This document shows, piece by piece, positions 11,902 to 22,449 of a stretch of 64,000 nucleotides of DNA. Location: NCBI GenBank assembly GCA_003693705.1, contig RBZT01000754.1:9170-73169 (forward strand). The letters are read 5' to 3'. The stretch's first letter is position 1. The number at the start of each line of letters is the position of its first letter. This stretch comes from Polymyxa betae A26-41 (taxonomy: Eukaryota > Protista > Endomyxa: Phytomyxea). Both the position numbers and the translations under genes were made by a program. A model generated the notes under the pieces. The model was not told the DNA's origin, did not search any database, and worked only from the letters and a program-made list of their open reading frames with translations.

Positions 11902-13483
11902 ATGCCAGCCTCTGCTGCAAAGCATCCGATGATTTTGTCGGCAACCACAAATATGTATTCTCTTCTACCTACAGGAACGGCCAACATTATTATAGATGCA
12001 GCCAATGGCGTACATCTAAAAAGCGATCATCTTCATGTCCTGCTGCTCTCCTTGTCGATCCTGACGGAATTATCGACCAAGGATTTATTTCCAAAGATCA
12101 CACGTGTCGAATTGGTTTAGACGATTGCGAATCCGTTTCCCAAATCGTTAACGTGATTGCAGAAGCATACTTATATTGTTGTATTGATCGATTTGTAAAA
12201 TTCAGTATCTGTCATGCGTTTCCTTAGATGCAAGATCTCATTGATGATCTTGCAATTTCTCAGCGGTCCTAAACAGCCGAATCGATCTGGATTGATGTCA
12301 GAAATGTCATTGTTTCTAAGTATGGTCGCGTTCCAATTCACATGATGGACAAAAATCAAGTCATCGCTCGTGTGGAAAGCAAGCGCCATGGCGGTCGGAG
12401 AGCCGATAGGCTCCAAGATATCGAGAATCCCAATCTTGCTCTTTCCAGAGATGGAATGAGCTCATGGCTGTGTTTTAACACAGCCATGAGCGACCCATCT
12501 ACACCCATCGTCCAACATCGGCTTGTTGGTTGGGCTCATTCTGGACTTCGAAATCTGCTTCGATATCAGGGAGTGCATCTGTTTATCGATGCGACGTTCA
12601 AATTGTTCCAGACAAATTTAGGCAATTGCTGGTGATTATGGCTAGAGAAGCAGGAAGTGACATGTACATTCCTGTTTTTCACATCTTGATGACTGGTCAA
12701 ACATCGTATCTGTATCAATTCGCACTGAATCTCTGCATCGCTGTCATGGGATGCCGAAAAAAGATCGCTACAGTTACTTGCGATTTTGAAAGAGCGTTGA
12801 TGACTGCGATTAAAGGTAAAAATCACTGACAAAACTTTGAATTATTTGACAAATATGTTTGTTTATCGTGTACAACAGGAGCGTTTGGCCAACAAACATT
12901 GATCATTGGCTGTCTGTTTCACTGGAAACAGGCCAACCGCAGGAACCTTGAAAAATTGCAGGTAACTGATCAGACGATTCACAAACTAATGCAGCCTGGA
13001 ATCCTGGACATTCTGACAGTTATTCCACACGAAGAGATATGCACAGTTGGATTTCAGTATATCCGTCAGAGGCTGAGGCTGTCTGAGGACGACGAAACAA
13101 CCAAGATGGAATCGTTCTTTGAGTATTTCAGTGCGACGTGGATGAGAGAATTCTCTCCCGCAACAAGGAATTTTCATAATCAGATCAACAATCAAGAAAT
13201 CGCTAACCGCACTAACAACGGTCATCCGAATATTCTCGATTTCGTTGAGCGTCTTATGAAAGACAGCGAGGAAGTGTTCGAGAAGTATCAGGATTGTCAG
13301 GCCGGGCGAGTAAGGCCACCAAGGCACGATTCAACATTTCTACCTGATTCATCTCTAATTTCCGACGATTATCGAGCATTTCGCCTAAGAAATATCTCGA
13401 TTGCAGTTCAATCCAATCTACAAACTGGTAAATTGGATCTTTCAGATTCTTTTGATCTAAAACCATGCCGGTATCTCTTCTGA
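11902..13483 (+). pseudogene. MULE transposase copy 1 (FLYWCH/WRKY-like finger + DDE), intron 12816-12878
   Basis: LFIDATF, VP..FRQLLVIM...DMYIPVFHILM, TCDFERAL, IGCLFHWKQA and RTNN. A GT-AG intron joins K-G-A-F. Confidence 0.9.
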
Positions 13484-14013
13484 GGCTGTTCCAGCTGTAG
13501 TATTACGCTCTGTTGTGCAAGAACCCCAAACATCATTACCTTGGAACGAGTTGCTGTTAAGATTCGGTAATCTCGAGCCGGGTTTTGGGGGAAGCTGCTC
13601 ACAATTGGTTCAGCTGCTCCTTTAATTTCTAGGGAAGTTTCTGTCTCTGTTGATGGTGATGGAGATGAAGATCTGTGGCGCCGAGATACTCATTATTTTG
13701 CACGTAAGATGAAATTCACATCTCGGCCATGTGATTTTATTTTTGCACAGCCAATGGAGATTCAAGCTGCTTCTCTCCCATCGTTCAAGAAGATGGAAGC
13801 AGCACCGAGACAGTTTACCACTGTTCGTTCTCCTTCTATGAACGATTCAATGTTTTCTCCGATTCCTTCCACCCAACTTCGCCGCGATTCTTCAAAATGT
13901 CAGCCTTGGTTTCCTGACACAACCGAATCGGACCTTAGCTCTGGCGATGAAGGTACCAAATTCCCGCATTTTGTCATTGCAGAATTATTCAGCAAGTTGT
14001 TTTTAGAATCCAT
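13408..14013 (-). pseudogene. Accessory gene B convergent on the MULE transposase (unknown function)
   Basis: Stop-interrupted frame from ATG 14013 (MDSKNNLL...SSSPSPSTETET...LEQPQKRY). Its 3' part recurs downstream of MULE copy 3 at 50345-50460. Confidence 0.45.
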
Positions 14014-14099
14014 AGTGACTCCTTAATCAGAGTCCACTGTTTGGTTACAGCTAGATGCGTTTAAGGGATTGTGGCTAAGCCATTAGCTCAAGAATGCCA

Positions 14100-14280
14100 G
14101 GAGATGATCTCCTCTATAACAGACATCGACAAACTTATAGTTTGGATAGATGATCTGCTTGGACATTCTAAGAATAGGGAATATTGGTTTGAAATATTGG
14201 AAAAGGTATTAAGCTTAGCTGATCAGCGTAATATTTAGTTCAGTATTGGAAAGTGTGGGCTCTTTACAACTCAAGAGAAG
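14100..14280 (+). pseudogene. Gypsy reverse transcriptase fragment
   Basis: KLIVWIDDLLGH...WFEILEKVL, matching KLIIWIDDLQGH at 38628-38948. Confidence 0.78.
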
Positions 14281-14289
14281 TACTGTGGA

Positions 14290-14835
14290 AACAAGCGAAA
14301 AGAAGAAACCATGCGTCCCATCAGCGACGAGACCCAAAACATAGAAAGATATAAGCATTCGTAAAAGCAATAAACTATTCTAACAATTGAAGAGCACCTT
14401 GAAAAGCACTAATACATTGAGAAATGAGGAAATTTTCAAATTGGGCAGCATCCATTCTAGCCGAAAAACGATTTCAAGTTTACCTTCAATTCGATCCCAT
14501 ATCTTTTCCAAAATTCGAACCGCCACGATCTCTGCAAGAGAGCAATCAGCCAGCGATCTATGCACGAGAGCCATCCGCTGGGTATACAAACAATATAATA
14601 AACTAACAGCAATGTTAGAAGTTTCTAGAAGGCCCTGCAAGCAAAAAGGTGAAATAGTGCTTCCCATCATCGAGGAGAGCCAAAAATATAGAAAGGAAAA
14701 ATCTAAAACATGCAGAAAACCTTTATAAGCATTAATAAAGTGAGAAGACAAAAATTTCTAAAAAAGGGCAGCATCCACCCTTGAAGACAAAATAGAATTA
14801 GAATACCTTCGAATCGATGCTATTTCAGCCCCGAA
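14290..14835 (-). repeat. ~323-346-bp tandem repeat, ~1.6 units (same family as 8200-8700)
   Basis: GGGCAGCATCCA at 14443 and 14766. TGCKTCCCATCA at 14312 and 14658. Confidence 0.8.
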
Positions 14836-14839
14836 CATT

Positions 14840-16250
14840 CAGTTTGCCACTGTGGATGCTGTAATGGAGTCGAGAGCTGCTTCTCGAACTCCAGAAATAC
14901 TGGTAACTGATATGGCATCGTACTTTATGTCGACAGTTATGTGTTGATGTGGATCATATACTTGGAGCCATGTGACGACGACATGAATGAAGTGGCCGCC
15001 CACGGCATGCGCAACAATGAAAGGTTCCATAATACCAACGCCAAATAGTCTTTGTAAGTAATCAACTCTATAAGCAAACAACAATTATTGAAGGGAAAAT
15101 ACAGGCCGTGCAACATTGTAAGAGATATCGAGGTACTTTAGCCACTCTTCACTCATAAACTAACAGAATTTCATAGCAACAGTCCACGTTGCTTCTACAT
15201 TATGAAGGAGCTCACACAAAGGTGCATTATGCAGCATCACTTCACAGTAACCTATGGACACTATAGTAATGGCTCATTGAAGTCATTAATAAGCATTACT
15301 TAGCATTGAAGAAAGCGCTTATCTCTGATCCACATTGGGATAAACAATATTGACCATGGTTAAATAAGATCATTGAGCATACACTTCAACATCATCCACC
15401 AGGTAGATTAGATGGCAAGGCGCCAGTGACAGTTGATAGTATTCACCGGCCAGCCTGCTGATAATCCTAGCGGAGACCTTGAAAGAAGTTAATCCTGACA
15501 TGGAAAGGACCATATAAGATCACAGACACACTGAATATATTTCGGAGGGATGATAATATATTTAACGGATCTAAACAAATAGTCCATGGGGATAGAATCA
15601 GATAATATATTGTGACAGCAAACTAAAGGTAACTGAGCAGATGAAAGATCAGTTTGCTTACGATAGCTCAAGTTATGAAGTAGCACAGTTCAGAGGCAGT
15701 CGCATTAATCCCCAAACCCATGAAGGCGAGTTCCGTATTGCCTGGAAGGAATTTTTCAGTCAGAGAGCAGCTGAGAACATTTGGAAATTTTTCAGATGTT
15801 CCTGTACTAAATAATAACTATCTAAGAGAATTAAAAAGCGCAGGTCATGCGCTTGCTGACACTGCGGAGGCATTTGTTAAAACGAGGACTTGTTCATGAG
15901 TTGCATGCTTTTTTCCATATCTATCCCGTGGTTTCTTAAAGCTGCAACCCTTAATTAAGTTTAGATTCTTTTAACCAAAAACTGCCATTTTCTGATGAGG
16001 GGAGTGTGTCAATATACAGTTATGTTACCTGGTACATTACTTACTGACCAAGAAAGCACAGGAAGAGTTATTGGTGGTGATTACTCGGTTCATGAGTGGC
16101 GGAGAATATTCCGTGAGTGAATTTAAAAATCGATGAATCCTCCCAGTCGTTTCCCAGGGGTTTCAAGTGTGGCTAGTGCTGTCTCGAACATGTGAATCCT
16201 CAGAGTATAAAAAGGCTATATACATCGGATAAAAAACCATTATTCATTCC
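14840..16250 (+). mobile_element. Gypsy integrase + chromodomain, PPT (15997-16004) and 3' LTR from 16005
   Basis: PEILVTDMASYF, HHFTVTYGHYSNG and chromodomain YEVAQFRGSR...EFRIAWK. GAGGGGAG is immediately followed by TGTGTCAAT. Confidence 0.82.
14942..15199. repeat. Solo LTR with 5-bp TSD TTATG, inserted in the Gypsy integrase
   Basis: TTATG|TGTTGATG...CTTCTACA|TTATG. Removing it restores the integrase frame (YFMSTVMKELT). Confidence 0.9.
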
Positions 16251-16252
16251 AC

Positions 16253-16870
16253 ATGACAACAGTGACATCAAAGTTTAGCATTGCCATATGCGATGACTGC
16301 CAATGTTTCATTGTTGATAGCGGTGCTTCAATGCACATGGCTTCAGACAGATGTTCGTTCAGATCGTATAAGCAACAGAGTTACCTATCGGTTCAAGAGG
16401 GAAATGGGACAGCCATACACTCCCATGGTTCCGGAGATTATTACGCAAAGCTACATGATGGCTTTACTTAGAGAATCGACAACCCGTTTCACGTTCCTGA
16501 TCTCCAAAATGATCTACAATCAATTGCGCAAAGTTCTGCAAAATGATTCAAGTATATTTTCACGGATATTATCTCAAGATCTACGCTAAAAAAAGAAATG
16601 TTCCGCCGCGAGCAGATCCAATCTTGATAATCACAAGAGACACAGACAACATTTACCCAAACAAACACAATACTCCTTAGAAACTAGGCCAGCAAAACAA
16701 TGCTAATGCCGCTCGTGTTCCCACGAGAGAATGAATCTGGCACGAACGCCTAGGACATCCCAGCCGTAAATCTTTCCAGTAATTGAATTTGATTCGCAAT
16801 GACGGAACAAAATGTCAAGAAAAATTGAACAAGTTTCCGAGCCTTGTTTACAATCAGAGTGAACGACCCT
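16253..16870 (+). pseudogene. Copia protease / GAG-pre-integrase fragment
   Basis: FIVDSGASMHM and WHERLGHPS. Confidence 0.82.
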
Positions 16871-16879
16871 TCGTACGCT

Positions 16880-18619
16880 GGTCAGTAACGCCTGAACTTA
16901 CTTCAGAATCAGCTGATCGATTCGAGTAACGTAACTGTCAACAGGGCGATATTTCAGCCCGGATGAGGATGACCTACCCGATCTGCTACAAGAACGCAAG
17001 CAGGTGATGTATTTCTTCGCGACACGCGCGAACTGCTCCTGCCGCCGTTCAGCATCGAGAGCGGAACGTAGGGCCGCAAGGGTGCAATTGTCGATCCTGA
17101 CGGGGACATACGACTTCGAACTCTGAAGCAGCGTCATGACTCTCCTCTAGCTGGACATTTTGGTTACCGCAAGACTGCAGCTGATCATACGCGATTTTTT
17201 GTGGCCCGGCATACGGAAGACCTGCGATATTTGCCAGGGGGCATCATCGGCACGGCACAAACCCAATGGACAATTACTGCCTTTTGCCGATACAATGTAA
17301 CCTCTGGTAATCAAACTCGATGGATATCCTTGTTAAGTTGCCAAACTCCAACGGCCGTAATGCCATTCTCTGAGTGGTTGACGGGTTTTCTAAATGGCAC
17401 ACTTTATCACCTGCTCGAAATCTATCGCCGCAAGCCAGCTGGCCCCGCTGATGCTCCATCCTCTCTTCAGTATACACGGACTTCCCAAGATCTGGCCGAA
17501 GCCCGCAATTTATATCCCGGTTTTGGAGGCACCTATTGCTAAGGTTAGGTATCTGGCGCAAACAATCGAAAGCTCGACACTCTGAGACTGCCGGCCAAAC
17601 CGAACGTGTTAACCAATTAGTGGAGAAATATCTACGATGTTTTGTATCATATAATCCTGACAATTTGGAGTGACCTGCTAGGCGTGGCGGGAGTTCGCAT
17701 ACAGCAGCTCCTCGCACTCGTCGACGAGAGCTTCCGCCCTTCTACCTCTAGTCCGGTTTTCCCCCAGATTTGACACGGCTGGTTCAGAATCCAGCCCGGA
17801 AGCGAACCCGCCACGGACCACTACCTCGACCACCTTCAGCAGATCCGTAACATTGTGACGCAGCATCTCGAGCAGGCAGTCAATGATAGGAGAAAGTCCG
17901 TTGATCATCATCGACGAGCATGTCCCAAATTTAAATTCGGGGACCGGGTTATGGTGAGGAGCGAATCACCGACCACAAGACCATGTAGCAAACTCAATTA
18001 CATGTAAATTGGTCCATTCAAGATCCGTCAGCGCATTTATCCCGTCGCATTTCAGCTCAGTCTGCAGGAAGCGTCCAACGGCATGAAGTGTTCCAAGTCT
18101 CTTAGTTAGAGCCTTACCGGGACTAAACAATCCAAGGTCGCACCCAACCTTCTCCAGCACCAATCAAGCTCGACTCGTCCGATGACATACATATTATTAA
18201 GGATTTATGTTCACAATCGCCTGCAATATCTCATCGACTGGGGAATTCGCAAACCAACTTGAATCCACATCGGAACAGTAGGGTCATTTTCGCGACTCCC
18301 ATGAACGCTTTCCAGAGAATCCTGGACCCGAGCAGTCCAAACCAGAACTTCGAAAGGGGGGCTGAGCCAGGGCCCCGCCATGACAGCAAGGTGGTGCAGC
18401 CAACAGGGCGACGAGCTCAGCCTCCGAGGCTACAACCTCCGGCCACGCATTGGAACATTCCGGCAGCCGTCGTAGATCCGGACTTCAAACCTTCCAGCGA
18501 CAGGAACCTTCGAGTTGCAGCTCAATTAGTGGGAGAGGCCCGCTCTCCATTCCGGTTATAGGAATACTATCCCAGATTAGATTAGTCTATTCGTCCGCCT
18601 CAGTTAGCCGGTCCTGACA
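16880..18619 (+). mobile_element. Tf1/sushi-like Gypsy integrase (+ decayed chromodomain), PPT and 3' LTR (~18362-18619)
   Basis: HDSPLAGHFGYRKT; GQTERVNQLVEKYLRCFVSY; GPFKI; LQYLIDWG. Purine tract GAAAGGGGGG at ~18351. LTR ends GTCCTGACA. Confidence 0.82.
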
Positions 18620-18702
18620 GTACAAGTCATTGAAATCTGCTTAAATCAAAGTAGTCATACTGGCAAATCCATCGCGAATTTGCAGAAATCGGGCCGCCGT
18701 CA

Positions 18703-19340
18703 ATGCGATTCAGTAATGTTGCCAGCGATGCCGAGACAATGGCACAGGATGGAGAAAATTCGGTTGCTGCCGAGCCAGATCCGCTGCCACGTTACAACGA
18801 AAAAGTTTTGTCGTGGCTGCGATCGAAACAAGGCAAGAGATTACACCGTGCCAATGCTCCTCATATGAGATCAACCCGAACACAGAGCGGCATTGCCATG
18901 TTAGAGGTGGTGCTATCACCTCTACAGAGGGCGATTGGGGCTCGTGTCAGGCCTATGGCAGATTCTCTCACAAGGCTGCAGAGCAATCTCGGCGACTTGC
19001 TGTCCGGCAGTATTCTGATTTTCGTCAATGCTGATTGGAATAGAATGAGCGTTAATAGTCCGATGGATGCGAGCAATTGTTGATCTCCACCCGTAGTTTA
19101 ATCCTGGCGCTGATTCAGTCGTGCAGCTTGCAAAAGAGGCGATCACAGTTCCTTTCTAAAAACGGAGTAGAGGAAATCGAGTAGTTACTGACCTTTGGCG
19201 AAAACGGTCGGAAGGGTTAGCTAGTGGACCGCCTGTGAAGTTATTAAAGAGAAGTATTGTTCGAAGTGGTGTCAAGGCAATGAGCGGAGGCTCTTTAATC
19301 GCAGACGGGCAATTATCGGCGCTGAGATTCGAGTCACCCG
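18703..19340 (+). pseudogene. GCR1_C-domain gene remnant (Crypton-related), no recombinase domain seen
   Basis: SRGNRVVTDLWRKRSEGLASGPPVKLL, then after a frameshift EKYCSKW..NERRLFNRRRAII, at ~19160-19330. Confidence 0.65.
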
Positions 19341-19364
19341 ATCGACGGCGGGAGGGGAGACAAA

Positions 19365-19780
19365 ACAAGCAAAAGTCAATGTATCTTTCTCCCGCTCTTT
19401 TTCTGATGTTGCGTTCAGACCAAAGACTTCCGTTAAGTCGCTCTAATAAACATAAGTTGAAAGTTATGTTTCTAACTAGGTTGCGCTCTAGGACCCCTCA
19501 GTTTTGGTGTCGCTTGTTCATTTGTTGTTGAGGGTGCTGATACGACTTCTAGCCATGAATGATGCTCTCCTTGATCTGGTCAAGATTGTTGATTGAGTAA
19601 CCGGTGAGAGCGACGTCGCATAGGGTGCACGCCCTATCGTTTTTTGTGTCAAAATCATAGAAGCAATGCGCAAGCATGCGCTTTAGCTTTAAAATTGCAA
19701 GATCTTGATAACAAAAACTGCGGTATCACCTTGAAAAAGATCTCAATGTGGACATCAATCGTCCTGTTTACGATGTTACG
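19365..19780 (+). mobile_element. 5' fragment of the same Harbinger family as 47342-49921
   Basis: Nucleotide homology to the reverse complement of 49500-49915 (AAAGTCAAYGTATCTTTCTC...GTCGCTCTAATA). ALALKLQDLD...VDINRPVYDV versus ALALELQDLD...VDIRHPVYDV. Confidence 0.85.
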
Positions 19781-20629
19781 ACGGGCAGGAAATGGTGGAG
19801 AGCTGATTTCATGAATTCCACTGACGACACAAGGGGGTTGCGGCTAACGTCGTTTTCCAAAATCTTACAGACCTATGTTTTAGGCCATTTTGATTTTCGA
19901 ATCAAGATAAGTCAGAAGGCTGCGCTCTACGATTTCTCCCGCGTACTTCTCCAAGTCCGCAAAGTATCTATTGAAGCTCTAACGTAAGATTTCTCCACTT
20001 TACAGACGTTTCTAATGTCATTATGTCCTTATTTCAAATGTCTTGTATATTCTTTTGTCGTCACAACAAGAATCTGCTGCGCTTCCTTTCGTGACAGCTG
20101 TTATAGATGTGGGCGGTGATCTGAGCAGCACATTTCAAGCAATATATCGATGCCTTCGAATTTCACTGTAGCGGAATGAAAGATGCGTGGCTTTCTTTGG
20201 CCCAGTATCAATCTTCATAAAGAATCTGATTGAATCTTGATTGCTGGTTCTATTGCAATTCTTCGGATAGATTTTCACGGAACTTTGTGAGACAATGAAC
20301 CTATCCGTTAAACTGGCTGAAGTTTGGCGAGTCACACAGGTTTGAGCCCAAAACTTGGCGGGGTGGCCTCTTGCTGCCCGTCCTTTCAAAGCTGGGTGCA
20401 AAGTTTGCAACCCACCAAAAGCCTGGTCGAAAAGATTTGGCCAAGCTTTGGCCTCTTGTTAATCAATACAACATAACTTCAGAAGATGCTTATTTATCTT
20501 TGCCTATTAGAATGAGTGATCGTAGCTCTGATACCGAGGTTGTTGAAGATGAGTTGATGTCGCCTCCAGCGAAGAAGATGAAAACTGGTTGACGTTACAC
20601 AATAAATTCTTTAAGATCAACGTTTTAAT

Positions 20630-21258
20630 GTCCTCGCTGGCGTTCATTACGACTCCTGGTCAGCAACAAGAAAGAAGGCTGGGAAGCAGTTAATCTCGAA
20701 GAAAATATGGCCCAAGGCACAACCTAATTCAAAGGACAAAATGAATCTTTGAGCTAACTTTCATGTATTAGATATACATCGATTATAAAAACCAGTTTCC
20801 TGAATGTACTCTATCCGAAGAGCAGCTTCGACATTTCATTCGAACCGAAAAACAGCAGCTGCAAACCGGCGATACAGATGATTAATCTGGGAAGGTGGTT
20901 CTGCAACCTGTAGCGTATTAACAGCAGGTCGTTAAACAGTCTAACGGCCATGCCAAACGCAACATTCTAACTGAGCAGATCGGGTAGCAGCTGCAATGGT
21001 CACTGCTAAAACCCCTGCGGCTGCAGTTGAGAAGAAGGATGTGAAACCACCGCAGCCTACCAAGGCCCAGATGTTGAACACCCAGGCGACATCGATTGCC
21101 ACTTTGAGCGCGATTTATGAATCGAGATGTTCAAAGTGACCTGCTTCGTCATAAGTCAGACTTGGCGAATTGAAGAAGCTAAAACAAGGCCTATCGCTGG
21201 GCTTTTTGACTCAGGAGGAATTTAACAACAAAGCGAAAACGCTTCTTTTCAATTTTTG
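20630..21258 (+). pseudogene. Harbinger partner gene (Myb/SANT-like N-terminus; SHOCT-like C-terminus)
   Basis: KQLISKKIWPK (cf. TQVIPKEIWPK at ~52060). Ends LGELKKLKQGLSLGFLTQEEFNNKAKTLLFNF*. Convergent on the transposase. Confidence 0.7.
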
Positions 21259-21287
21259 AATCTTTGGTGTTTAACATTTAGGTTTAC

Positions 21288-22420
21288 TTACTCGTCATCA
21301 GCGTCATCCCAGCCAGCATCTTCCACGCCTGCTCCTTCCTGATATGTATGCATATCATGACGGCGTCGTTGAAGGAGATTTGTGAGAATGGGGCATGCGC
21401 GAAAGAGGTGAGTGAACTTCTCGATTGTACAGTCGAATTGCGTCATTAGCTTATTCCCCCGATGCCCCATTCGACGCGAACTCTCATCCCACAGTGAGCA
21501 GCGTTGAAAGCATCAATGGCGTCCATATTCTGACCATTTCGTATTTGGTCGCGCTGTCGCATTCTGTGCATAATAAACATCTCTTCTCCAGCATCACCTG
21601 TGTCTCCCAAAAGATAGTCAAAGTATTCATTGGTATGTACAAAGTGCTGGCGCCAGTTGTGAAATGGATCAGATCTGCGCAAGTAATTGATGTCCTGAAA
21701 TGTTTCCAGGCTATCCTGGATCCACGTAGAAAATAAGCCATCGTGATCTACAGCTACTGTATTGTTTACACAGTACATGGACTTCCGTCCATTGTACCAG
21801 AGACTGTGGAAATCACCAAATTGTTTGCTTTTTGCCTTACGGATTTGGACGAGGGTCCCATCGATGAACCCAATGCATCCCAACGGGCACCGCCCAGGTT
21901 TTTGTATGATGTGACTGGCGGCATACAAAACTTTGGAATTATAACGGAAAGTAGCAAAACTAGGCGAGTCAAAACGCTTGCACGTCAACGTAAGCTCCTT
22001 TAGCGGATAGGTTTAATTGCGTAGAATATTTTTTTGGTTCATTACAGATTTTCAAAAAAACTCTATTGAATTCTGTACAATGATCGTTTTTATACCTTGA
22101 ATTTATATTTTTGCGACCACACAAAAAAATATATTTCTGTATTGTGCAAATTAAGCCGATATGGATGCAAAGCAACTACTTCCACCTGGTAGTTTCAATG
22201 CCATACCAGGAACCACACTATCCTCGTGCTGCATTTGTGGACATCGTGCATCAGCCCGCAATCGTCATAGACATTGGTTTTCAAACAAGAGGCGGAACTG
22301 CTGGATGATGTTTGACATGCAAAACCAAACGACGAAATCACCCACCACTGATCATGTTTGCCCCTTATTCATTTTCCTGAGTGCAACAATTTGATTGACG
22401 ACGTGTTTAGCATAAAGAGG
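21288..22420 (-). pseudogene. PIF/Harbinger DDE transposase
   Basis: GCIGFIDGTLVQIR, WYNGRKSMY, VDHDGLF, YLLGD.G..GEEMFIM and RVRVEWGIGG. Confidence 0.9.
22010..22157. mobile_element. Putative 148-bp AT-rich MITE in the Harbinger transposase
   Basis: Imperfect TIR GGTTTAATTGC / GGCTTAATTTGC. GATA on both flanks. Confidence 0.45.
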
Positions 22421-22449
22421 ATACCGATGTGACCTTTACAACGAAAAAT

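Larger units (their letters stand above)
10550..14020. mobile_element. MULE/Mutator-like element, probably three genes (accessory A <- | -> transposase -> <- accessory B)
   Basis: Shared terminus GGAAGAWKCGGTAACMGTGACACTACG at 10550 and 60725. The motif upstream of the transposase is shared with ~28120-28160, and the downstream sequence with 50345-50460. The right TIR was not found. Confidence 0.65.
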
